From an uncultured Eubacteriales bacterium (GTDB lineage Bacteria; Actinomycetota; Coriobacteriia; Anaerosomatales; JAAXUF01), in assembly GCA_964388455.1 (NCBI GenBank), contig CAYMAN010000008.1, positions 12,289 to 76,288 of the forward strand: DNA of 64,000 nt, written 5' to 3'. Under the pieces are notes generated by a model. It did no database searches. It saw only the letters and a program-made list of their open reading frames with translations, and had not been told where the DNA came from. The stretch's first letter is position 1, and every line of letters begins with the position of its first letter. Made by a program: the position numbers and the translations under genes. This document shows positions 45,885 to 54,511 of this stretch, in pieces.

Positions 45885-47144
45885 GTGAATCACGACGTCA
45901 AAGACCTTTCCCTCGCCGACGCCGGCAAGGCACGCATCGAGTGGGCCGACGCTGACATGCCGGTCCTCGCGACCATCCGCGAGCGTTTCGAGGCCGAGAA
46001 GCCGCTCGACGGCCTCCGCGTCAGCGCCTGCCTGCACGTCACCACTGAGACCGCGAACCTGATGCGCACCCTCAAGGCCGGCGGCGCCGACATCGTCCTG
46101 TGCGCGAGCAACCCTCTGTCGACTCAGGATGACGTCGCCGCGGCGCTCGTCGAGCACTACGGCATCTCCACCTACGCCATCAAGGGCGAGGACACTGAGA
46201 CCTACTACAGCCACATCGACTCGGCCATCGCGCACAAGCCGCAGATGACCATGGACGACGGTGCTGACGTGGTCGGCCGCATCCACGCCGAGCAGCCCGA
46301 GATGCTCGAGTACATCATCGGCGGCACCGAGGAGACCACCACCGGCGTCATCCGCCTGGCCGCCATGGCCGCCGACGGCGCGCTGAAGTACCCGATCATG
46401 GCCGTCAACGAGGCCAAGACCAAGCACCTCTTCGACAACCGCTACGGCACCGGCCAGTCCACGCTCGACGGCATCATCCGCGCCACCAACCGCCTGATCG
46501 CCGGCCGCACGGTCGTCGTCTCCGGCTACGGCTGGTGCGGTCGCGGCATCGCGAGCCGCGCTGTGGGTATGGGCGCGAGCGTCATCGTCCTAGAGGTCGA
46601 TCCGATGAAGGCGCTTGAAGCCGTCATGGAGGGCTACCGCGTCATGCCCGCCGTCGACGCCGCCAAGGAGTGCGACATCTGGATCACCGTCACCGGCGAC
46701 CTCAACGTCATCGACAGCGACTCGTTCGCCGTGATGAAGGACGGCGCCATCATCTGCAACTCCGGCCACTTCAACGCCGAGATCAACATTCCGAGCCTGC
46801 GCGAGATGGCCGTCTCGACCCGCGAGGTGCGCCCGCTGGTCGACGAGTTCACGCTGGCCGACGGCCGTCGCATCTACCTGCTGGCCGAGGGTCGTCTGGT
46901 CAACCTCTCCTGCGCCGAGGGCCACCCCGCCAACGTCATGGACATGAGCTTCGCCAACCAGGCCCTGGCCGCCGAGTATATGGTCGCCAACTGCAAGGAC
47001 ATGGCTCCCGGCGTCTACGACGTCCCCGAGGACATCGACAACGGCATCGCCAAGCTCAAGCTCGAGACCCTCGGCGTCAAGATCGACACCCTCACGCCCG
47101 AGCAGGCCAAGTACCTCGCCAGCTGGAGCGAAGGCACCGTGTAG
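45885..47144 (+). CDS. ahcY: S-adenosylhomocysteine hydrolase
   Basis: [39 protein letters not shown] and GRLVNL..AEGHP motifs; TAAGGAG RBS. Confidence 0.97.
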   Translation: MNHDVKDLSLADAGKARIEWADADMPVLATIRERFEAEKPLDGLRVSACLHVTTETANLMRTLKAGGADIVLCASNPLSTQDDVAAALVEHYGISTYAIKGEDTETYYSHIDSAIAHKPQMTMDDGADVVGRIHAEQPEMLEYIIGGTEETTTGVIRLAAMAADGALKYPIMAVNEAKTKHLFDNRYGTGQSTLDGIIRATNRLIAGRTVVVSGYGWCGRGIASRAVGMGASVIVLEVDPMKALEAVMEGYRVMPAVDAAKECDIWITVTGDLNVIDSDSFAVMKDGAIICNSGHFNAEINIPSLREMAVSTREVRPLVDEFTLADGRRIYLLAEGRLVNLSCAEGHPANVMDMSFANQALAAEYMVANCKDMAPGVYDVPEDIDNGIAKLKLETLGVKIDTLTPEQAKYLASWSEGTV

Positions 47145-47164
47145 ACATCACGCCCGAGCGACTC

Positions 47165-47200
47165 AAGGGGGGCCAGCCGGATCCGGCTGGCCCCCCTTTC
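47165..47200. terminator. Perfect 34-bp palindrome acting as a probable (bidirectional) terminator
   Basis: AAGGGGGGCCAGCCGGATCCGGCTGGCCCCCCTT (47165-47198) between convergent ahcY and GT genes. Confidence 0.75.
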
Positions 47201-47247
47201 TGTCCCTGTTCAAGCGTTGTCTTTTCAGCGCTGGTCGGTGCAGGAAT

Positions 47248-48339
47248 CTAGACGAGAAGTGACGCGTACAGGGCAACAGTCGCTTCAGTGACGCGATCCC
47301 AGTCGTACTCGTGCGTGACTCTTTGCTGGAGTTCGGCAGTTCGTGTCTTGAGCTCTCGCATTCTCGGCAGGAGTTGCGAGAGTCGCAGGGCGAGGTCGTC
47401 GACGTCTCCCGCGCGGAAGTAGTCACCTTGGTCGCCCAGGACTTCTCGGTTGGGCGTGATGTCGCTCGCGAGTACCGGCGTTCCGTAGGCCAGCGATTCG
47501 AGCAGGACGATGGGCAGTCCCTCCAGAAGAGACGGCAGTACGAACAGGCCTGCATGCCGGAACACCGAGGCGAGCTGCGCCCCGTAGAGGTATCCCGTGA
47601 AGATCACGTCACCGCCCGCGCCATGCAACCCGCGAACGTAGTCGTCCGTGAAGCTCGCACCCCCGACAATGACCAGCTTCTTTGACGTATTGAGACACCG
47701 CCACGCAGCGATGAGGTCGTGAGCGCCCTTTTCCGGGACGAGCCGACCCACATATACCGCGTACTCGCCAGAGTCAACGCCCAGGCTCGCGACGAACCCG
47801 GGGTCATCCTCACGTGTCGTCGCCACTCCGTTCGGGATGTAGTGAACGCTCTGTGCGCCCTCTGCTTTGTAGAAGTCGGAGAGAGTCTTGGAGACGACGA
47901 TGGTCGCATCGGGGGTGTTGAGCGCCATGTTCTCGGCAGTCTGCAATGCGAGTCTGGCAAGCGGGTTCCATTTCGCCCTTCGCCAGTCTTGTCCATGGAC
48001 AGTCGCAACGAGGTGGCGGTCGCGTCGGCGTGCCAGGGGAGCGGTCAGACAGGGGCCGATAGCGTGGTAGTGGACGATATCGAAGGGCTGTCGACGGCTG
48101 TCGAGCGAGCTCAGGAAGCTGTGCGTGATTGCGTCGAGATGCTTGGTGGCAATCGAGGGTCGGCTTCTCAGCTGTATCCCCTTGTAGGCGGAGAGGCCAG
48201 GGTCTGAGTAGCTAGGGCGCGTGTAGACGACAACCTCGTGACCAAGCGCGGCCAATCGTGTGCCGAGCTGCTCCACATGGTGCTCGACGCCGCCGAACGT
48301 AGCGGGAAGACCCTTTTGTCCGATCATTGCTATTCGCAT
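47248..48339 (-). CDS. GT4 family glycosyltransferase
   Basis: MIGQKGLPATFGGVE, HYHAIGP, GRLVPEKG and EGLPIVLLESLAYG motifs. Confidence 0.92.
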   Translation of the reverse strand: MRIAMIGQKGLPATFGGVEHHVEQLGTRLAALGHEVVVYTRPSYSDPGLSAYKGIQLRSRPSIATKHLDAITHSFLSSLDSRRQPFDIVHYHAIGPCLTAPLARRRDRHLVATVHGQDWRRAKWNPLARLALQTAENMALNTPDATIVVSKTLSDFYKAEGAQSVHYIPNGVATTREDDPGFVASLGVDSGEYAVYVGRLVPEKGAHDLIAAWRCLNTSKKLVIVGGASFTDDYVRGLHGAGGDVIFTGYLYGAQLASVFRHAGLFVLPSLLEGLPIVLLESLAYGTPVLASDITPNREVLGDQGDYFRAGDVDDLALRLSQLLPRMRELKTRTAELQQRVTHEYDWDRVTEATVALYASLLV

Positions 48340-48343
48340 TGAC

Positions 48344-49333
48344 CTAGCGCATCCCTGCACAACCGGCAACCGGGTCAAGCGCCCCTGTCAGCTTGGCTTT
48401 TGCCACCCAGCGAATCGGTACCGCAAGATTCTGTTTCATCGCGGGAGCGACCGATCCGATCATCCAGCACTCCTGAGTGCAGGTGCCAACCTGTTCGCGA
48501 ATCGACTTCGCCGCGTCGCTGGTCCATATCTCATCAAACGACGACTCCTTGAGTGACCCCATGGCCGAGCCATCCTCGTGAGCCATTCCGTTGCAGGGCC
48601 TGATGACTCCGAACGGGTCGATGAAGAACATGTCGCTGCCCATCCCACAGGGAAGTGCTCGCGAACCGCCCCGGGCTTTGTTGGCCAGGCCCATGTTGAA
48701 CCACGCCCTAAACCACTTCTTGGGGGAGTTGGAGGCAATCTGCTTCCGTGCGAGTTCCTCGAAGCGAGAGGCAACTCGTTCGGGATCCTGGATCTCGTTG
48801 TCGTCTTTGTGAAAGTAGTAGCTGTTGTGCGTCACGGCCGTGGCCAGCTCGAAGCCCATTGAGTCCGCCAACTCCGCTAGCTCGAGAAGATCGTCGGCGT
48901 TGCGGTCCGACACGGTGATGCCAAATCCGATGTCACGGCATCCGATATGCCTCAGCTGGAGCAGCGTTCTCATGCCGTGATCAAACCCATCCTTCAAGCC
49001 CCGCAGTTCGTCGTTGGCCGCGGGCAGGCCTTCAATGCTGACGCGAAAACCGAGGTTCGGGAATCGGCGAGCCAGCTCCAGCACGCGGTCGGTGTGGTAG
49101 CCGTTGGTGGATACGACGATGCGGTCGGTCTTGGACTGTACGACTTCGATGATCTCGCTGAGGTCGTCGCGCAGGAATGGTTCTCCGCCGGTGATATTCA
49201 CGAACTTGAGGTGGGGGAGAGAGAGGAGGTCGTCTGGAGCAATCTCTTCCGTAGGCGCGGTCGGGTATTGCCATGTGTTGCACATGTAGCATTTCGCATT
49301 GCAGCGGTATGTGACAACGATTGCGGCTTCCAA
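48344..49333 (-). CDS. Radical SAM protein with C-terminal SPASM/twitch-like domain
   Basis: CNAKCYMC (CxxxCxxC), TGGEPF and STNG motifs; PCGMG...IDPFG.IRPC...CTQEC auxiliary cysteines. Confidence 0.92.
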   Translation of the reverse strand: MEAAIVVTYRCNAKCYMCNTWQYPTAPTEEIAPDDLLSLPHLKFVNITGGEPFLRDDLSEIIEVVQSKTDRIVVSTNGYHTDRVLELARRFPNLGFRVSIEGLPAANDELRGLKDGFDHGMRTLLQLRHIGCRDIGFGITVSDRNADDLLELAELADSMGFELATAVTHNSYYFHKDDNEIQDPERVASRFEELARKQIASNSPKKWFRAWFNMGLANKARGGSRALPCGMGSDMFFIDPFGVIRPCNGMAHEDGSAMGSLKESSFDEIWTSDAAKSIREQVGTCTQECWMIGSVAPAMKQNLAVPIRWVAKAKLTGALDPVAGCAGMR

Positions 49334-49630
49334 GATTCAGTCCTCAAGATGGAGTGTCGGCGGTTGCGTGATCATGGTGGCCGATGGTGATCTGCTGCAG
49401 GACGACAGTTCGGATGCGCTAGACGGGGTTCTTTCACCAATCCAAGCCAGCCCAGCAGCGAAGAAATAGTACACCACTTGCGTAGCCGTTCGGGCAGCGA
49501 AGCCATCGCAGTCTGGATTCGGCTCACTCGACAGTTAGGTTCCAAATAACCAGAATCGGATGTTCGGCAGAAATGGGCTATGCTCTCCGACGACATTCTG
49601 ACATTGCCTGATGCATAGGAGCGCGTAGCG

Positions 49631-51241
49631 ATGCCGCCAGAATCCACGTCTGACACTGCTGTGACGGTTCTCGAAAGCGCCACCCCTGAGGTATCGCGCG
49701 GAACTGTCGCGCTGCGGTGGATTTCGGCGCATGCGAGTCGCATTGTTTTGGGCCTTGTTTTGCTGGTCGCTGCAGTCTTGCGATTCTGGGATCTTGGGCG
49801 TCTCGGTCTGTGGTTCGATGAGCTGTTTACGGTAGCTGAGACCTCTCACGGTCCGGTATTCGCAGTCCAGAAGATCATGGCGGACCTGCAGCCTCCTTTG
49901 TACTTCGTTATGCAGTCATTGTTTGTTCCGATTTTCGGTCGGTCAGAGTGGGCCATGCGTGTGCTGCCGGCGATTGCGGGAGTGGCGACGACCGGCGTTC
50001 TATTCTTGCTCGGGAAGAGGATGTTCAGCGAGAGGGCTGGGCTATGGGTCGCCGCGCTCTTCGCTGTGAGTCCGCTCGCGATCAAGTATGCACAGGAGGC
50101 CCGAGGCAATTCGCTTTTGATTCTCATGAGCGCACTCGTGCTACTGGCCTTCATTAATCTGGCGTACAAGCCGGACACGAGGCGAGCGATCATGCTCGGT
50201 GCTGCAATCGCAGGCCTGGCGTATACGCACGTTTACGGCTATCTAGCCGTCCCGCTGCTTCTAGTTGTTGTCCTCGTCCGTCCGAAGTTGCGAATGGAGC
50301 TTGGCCGGCTTGTCGCAATCGCGTACGGCGTGGCCGCCGCTCTCTTCCTTCCTTGGGCCTTCTTCATCCCAGCACAGGTCAGGATCGTCACACGCATGTC
50401 GGCGCGAGGCGGCTGGTGGCTCGATTCCCAGCGTCCTGCGTCGGTCATCCAGTCTCTCCTCGATACCCTCACCGCCTTTTCCTCGCCAGAGCACTTCGCG
50501 GTCGGAATCGGATTCGTGCTGTTGATGGTCGTCGGGGTTGTCGGCGCCTTCGATCTTGGCCTTCCCGGTACCGGATACTCGCCGTCAGCCGCCGAGACGA
50601 CCGAAAACGAGCCGATCAGCGAGGTCGACATCATCTGGGTGCTTGTCGCATTCGCGGTCGTTCCAATCCTGACGGGGCTTCTGATCTCGAAATACGTGGT
50701 CGTCGTCCACAATCTCAGAAGTTGTCTCGGCGCTCTGCCTGCCGTGTTCCTGCTTGTGGTGAGAGGCGGCCAGCGCTTGCCGCGACGCCTCGGCGAGCTG
50801 GCTTTGCTGGCCCTACTGGTTGCGGCTATCGCGGGCATCCCTGGATACTTCCAAGAGACGTTCACCAAGGGCTCGTGGCGGGAAGCTGCGGCAAGAGTGC
50901 TGCAGTATCAGACTCCCCAGACCGCCGTACTCGCCGACGGATACCCACCCGTGGTGGATCTGACGGTATACGCCGATATCCTCGGCCGTGAGGGCGCCAT
51001 CAAGCCGGCGCAGGTAGTCGCTGGCGGATCGGGCGAGACGACGATCGTGGTCCAGGCGTATGGGGCATCTAAGTCGACCGCCCTTGCCCTGTACCTCGCT
51101 CCCTACGACCGTGTCATAGCGGCCTCACTCAAACCGAGCAACGTTGTCTTCGATTACTTGGACGGTCAAGGCGCATGGCATCGCACAGATAGTTGGCTAC
51201 GCGCGGACACCAACGTTGTGACGTGGGAGAAGGACCAGTAG
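49631..51241 (+). CDS. GT-C fold membrane glycosyltransferase (GT39/GT83, PMT_2/ArnT-like)
   Basis: LWFDE loop, QPPLYF, SEWAMR, YAQEAR and YTH motifs; many TM helices plus C-terminal extracellular domain. Confidence 0.85.
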   Translation: MPPESTSDTAVTVLESATPEVSRGTVALRWISAHASRIVLGLVLLVAAVLRFWDLGRLGLWFDELFTVAETSHGPVFAVQKIMADLQPPLYFVMQSLFVPIFGRSEWAMRVLPAIAGVATTGVLFLLGKRMFSERAGLWVAALFAVSPLAIKYAQEARGNSLLILMSALVLLAFINLAYKPDTRRAIMLGAAIAGLAYTHVYGYLAVPLLLVVVLVRPKLRMELGRLVAIAYGVAAALFLPWAFFIPAQVRIVTRMSARGGWWLDSQRPASVIQSLLDTLTAFSSPEHFAVGIGFVLLMVVGVVGAFDLGLPGTGYSPSAAETTENEPISEVDIIWVLVAFAVVPILTGLLISKYVVVVHNLRSCLGALPAVFLLVVRGGQRLPRRLGELALLALLVAAIAGIPGYFQETFTKGSWREAAARVLQYQTPQTAVLADGYPPVVDLTVYADILGREGAIKPAQVVAGGSGETTIVVQAYGASKSTALALYLAPYDRVIAASLKPSNVVFDYLDGQGAWHRTDSWLRADTNVVTWEKDQ

Positions 51242-51298
51242 AGGAGGCGATGCACGGCTCATCCCACGAAGCCGGACAATGGCGCGTGAAACACGTGC

Positions 51299-52030
51299 TC
51301 ATCTGGTGCTAGGGTCCTGTCGCTTCGCCACGACCACGATCCACTCGGGCTTGAACATGCGGCGGGCGACTGAGTCGGCAGCTCGCCATAGGGCCGCAGG
51401 AAGCGACCAGGCAATCGGGAGAAACGGACCCCGAAGCAGAGGGCCACTCCCGAGTCCGAACGTCTGCGGCGTCTCAAAACCGGCGGCCGCAACCATGCCG
51501 CTGAGTGAGTCTGGAGTGAATGAGCGAATGTGGCCGTGCGTGAACACGCTTGTGCCGCAGTGCGGGCAAACGTCGAAAGTCAGGTTCTCATCCCACGGGA
51601 CTGATACCACCAGGGTTCCGCCGGGGCGGACGACCCTAGCAAGCTCGAGCAACGCGGATTCAGGGCTCGCTAGATGCTCCAGCACCTCTGAGCAGACCGC
51701 AGTATCAAATGTGGCAGTCTGCGCGGATAGCTCAGACACGGATTCCTGTCTCAGGGCTGCTGAGGTCCCCGCTTGGCTGATCCGTTCGCCCGCTGTAGCA
51801 ACGCGTTCGGCAGAAATGTCTACTCCGACGCAAGCGAACCCACGCCGAGAGAGTTCCACCACCAGTCCGCCGTCGCCCATTCCGGCGTCCAAGACCGCCC
51901 CGCCGGCTGTCGCATTGCGATAGATGAGTCGCAAGAGCGACTCTGCGCGGCGTTTCTCACGATGTGTGGCGAGCCGGGACAGGCCTGCGTGCACCCGTCT
52001 GGCGTCAAGGTCCCAGTGCTCAGATGACAC
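51299..52030 (-). CDS. Class I SAM-dependent methyltransferase
   Basis: VLDAGMGDG, GVDIS, CSEVLEHL and RVVRPGG motifs; CPHC insert. Confidence 0.88.
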   Translation of the reverse strand: MSSEHWDLDARRVHAGLSRLATHREKRRAESLLRLIYRNATAGGAVLDAGMGDGGLVVELSRRGFACVGVDISAERVATAGERISQAGTSAALRQESVSELSAQTATFDTAVCSEVLEHLASPESALLELARVVRPGGTLVVSVPWDENLTFDVCPHCGTSVFTHGHIRSFTPDSLSGMVAAAGFETPQTFGLGSGPLLRGPFLPIAWSLPAALWRAADSVARRMFKPEWIVVVAKRQDPSTR

Positions 52031-52307
52031 GAGGAGCTCCTTTCGTTCGTCGAAAGTCTACGGATACGAGACTCGACTCCAGCTTGAGGGACGTAGCTTC
52101 GTGCAATATCACTCACTCAAAACACGATTGACGCTATGGGGCCGTGCCTGTCGCGACGTTGCCCCGTTTCCTCTGACGCGCATACCCAACGTTTGGTCTT
52201 GAGCTCGGTCAGGAAGGCGACACAACACTACACCATGTCCGCGCGCATCCACTCAAGTATCGGGCTGCGATGCCAGGGTCTCGCGACGAAGAGGCTTGCG
52301 CGGTGCG

Positions 52308-52316
52308 TGCTATAGT
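52308..52316 (+). promoter_or_regulatory. Putative extended -10 promoter (TGC-TATAGT)
   Basis: Near-consensus element about 40 nt before GTG 52357. Confidence 0.5.
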
Positions 52317-52356
52317 CACTACTCGTTGATGAGAAGCCTGATCCACAGGGGGAATT

Positions 52357-53193
52357 GTGAGACCAAACGAAATTCTTGACGTCCTCAGGGCCAATGAGCG
52401 AACCATAAAGCTAGCAGCCTTGCTCGTGGGTGGATTGGCTCTGCTCGTGAGCCTCATGGTGCCAAAAGTGTACTCTGCTGAGACACAGATCCTTGTCTCC
52501 AGCCGAAACGCGGGGCTGGTTGCTGCGGGGCTTGACGGCGGTGCGCCATCTTCTCAGCCGGAGCGTGATTTGAGTACGCAGGCCGAGATTCTGCGGAGCA
52601 CCCCTGTGCTCGCCAAGGCAATCAAGGAATTTGGCCTGAGCGTCACGCCGAAGGATCTTCAGAAATCCCTCGAGATTTCTCCCGTGGCGCAGACGGACAT
52701 CCTTGTGGTTCGAGCGACGGCTCGCACTCCTGAGGCCGCCGCAAAGACGGCTAACGCGGTCGCGCAGGCATACATCAGGACGTCTGCTTGGCAGGACAAA
52801 GAGAGCATTAGGCGTGCTGGTAATCAGGTGCAAACACGTGTCGAGCTTCTAGATCAGACGATTCAAGGCCTCCGAAGAAAGCTCAAGCCTTCGTCTGTGG
52901 CTACGGCCCCGGGAGATCCCAGATTCATGGAGGCAGTGAGCCGGTTCTCTGAGCTGTCGCGAAAGCTTGATCAAGTTCGAATCAGTCAAGAGACCGCGAC
53001 TGGAGCAGGGGTGGTAATGAGTGCTGCCGTCGCAGACCCCGAGGAGTACGCGCCCAGGCCGATCCTGATTGGCTTGGTTGGCATGCTCGTGGGCGGCCTG
53101 GTCAGCGTTGCAGCTGTTCTGCTGATGTCTCCCGTTATCGAGTCCGATGCACATGAGGCCGGGGAGACCCCGAGCGCGGGGAGCCCGAACTGA
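52357..53193 (+). CDS. Wzz/CpsC-like chain-length determinant
   Basis: TM-PKVYSAETQILV, TQAEILRS, coiled-coil, APRP followed by a Gly-rich TM. Confidence 0.82.
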   Translation: MRPNEILDVLRANERTIKLAALLVGGLALLVSLMVPKVYSAETQILVSSRNAGLVAAGLDGGAPSSQPERDLSTQAEILRSTPVLAKAIKEFGLSVTPKDLQKSLEISPVAQTDILVVRATARTPEAAAKTANAVAQAYIRTSAWQDKESIRRAGNQVQTRVELLDQTIQGLRRKLKPSSVATAPGDPRFMEAVSRFSELSRKLDQVRISQETATGAGVVMSAAVADPEEYAPRPILIGLVGMLVGGLVSVAAVLLMSPVIESDAHEAGETPSAGSPN

Positions 53194-53218
53194 ATGCTGC
53201 CCTGGCAACGCCGGATAG

Positions 53219-54511
53219 ATGCGCGGGATGATGTCTAGACGCCGGATAGGTCAATCGACGGCGGCGATGCTTGTGGCTCAGGTCACCACGGCATTTCTCA
53301 CATTGGCGAGCAGTGTGCTTGTGGCAAGGGTCCTGGGCGCGACAGGTGTCGGGAATCTCACGCTCCTCATCACTACATGTTGGATTGTCTCGGTGCTGCT
53401 GGAGTTGGGGATGAGTTCGACGGCGGCCTACGGTGTTGGTCAGCTTAATGTGCGCCCCGCCGCGATAATGGGATTGTTTGGCGCGTTGAGCCTAGGCGTG
53501 CTGTGCATTGCGGCAATCGTCGCCTTTGGCCCCATGAGTGTGATGGTGACGAGAGCCCTCCACGTGACCGGTGGCGCGGTTGTGGCTTTCAGCGTTGTGA
53601 GCGGAGCGTGCTTGGCCTCAACCAACCTCGTCCGTCAGCTTCTCATGGCCGCCGGACATGAGTCCGTCACCGCTGTGCTCTGGCCCTTGGACCGACTCGT
53701 TTTGATAATCGCTCTCCCGATTCTCTTTGCGAGAGGCGTGGGCATCGACGCGCTGCCGCCCGCATTCTTGGCATCAATCATAGTCAGTCTTGTCGCGCAT
53801 TGGCTGGGTGCGCGCAGGCTCCTCGGTGCGGCCGAATGGGTCAGACTGTCCGACTTGAGTGCGATGGTCCGCGTTGCTAAGGGCGCCTACGGGTCCAGTG
53901 TCATGCAGGTTCTCAACTATCGGCTGGACATGATCCTCGTCAGCGGGTTTGCTGGGGCGGCCGTAGTCGGCGTCTACGGAGTGGCGGTCTCCATTGCCAA
54001 CCTTCTTTGGTACCTGCCCAACGCAATCGCCTTTGTTTGGCTGCCTAGGGTGGCGAGGCTTGGAAACGGCGATGCCGCGACACGCACGGCGGAGGTGTCG
54101 CGGCTGACATTCACGGTACTGTTTGTTGTTGCGATCTTTGTTGCACTTGTGGCACGTCCCATAATCTCGGCAGTCTGGGGTCAGGAGTTCGTCGGTTCAT
54201 ACTACGCACTGCTCGCGCTACTGCCTGGCGTTGTCGTGTTTGCTGTCCCGAAGGTGGTTTCGGCGGATCTTCTTGCGCGAGGCCGAAGCGACATAGCTGC
54301 AGCCGCTGCGGCACTGTCCCTGGTCGTGACGATAGCATTGGGCCTGGCTCTCATTCCCAGAATAGGAGTGATGGGTGCGGCCGTTACTTCGAGCAGCGCA
54401 TACCTGACATTCGCGGTCTACTGCGCCGTGAAGTACTCCAAGCTAACAGGGCTTCAAGTGCGTCGTTTGTTCTACTCGAGACAGGACCTAGCAAATTGGG
54501 GGAGTCGATGA
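53219..54511 (+). CDS. Wzx-type oligosaccharide flippase
   Basis: ARVLGATGVG, NYRLD..LV, VGVYGVA and LIPRIGVMGAA motifs; about 12 TM helices. Confidence 0.88.
   Translation: MRGMMSRRRIGQSTAAMLVAQVTTAFLTLASSVLVARVLGATGVGNLTLLITTCWIVSVLLELGMSSTAAYGVGQLNVRPAAIMGLFGALSLGVLCIAAIVAFGPMSVMVTRALHVTGGAVVAFSVVSGACLASTNLVRQLLMAAGHESVTAVLWPLDRLVLIIALPILFARGVGIDALPPAFLASIIVSLVAHWLGARRLLGAAEWVRLSDLSAMVRVAKGAYGSSVMQVLNYRLDMILVSGFAGAAVVGVYGVAVSIANLLWYLPNAIAFVWLPRVARLGNGDAATRTAEVSRLTFTVLFVVAIFVALVARPIISAVWGQEFVGSYYALLALLPGVVVFAVPKVVSADLLARGRSDIAAAAAALSLVVTIALGLALIPRIGVMGAAVTSSSAYLTFAVYCAVKYSKLTGLQVRRLFYSRQDLANWGSR

Noticed and set aside
49334-49630. Possible peptide substrate for the radical SAM/SPASM enzyme in the upstream gap
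   Set aside because: No short ORF with an RBS and precursor-like composition is evident; the region is better explained as a divergent promoter.
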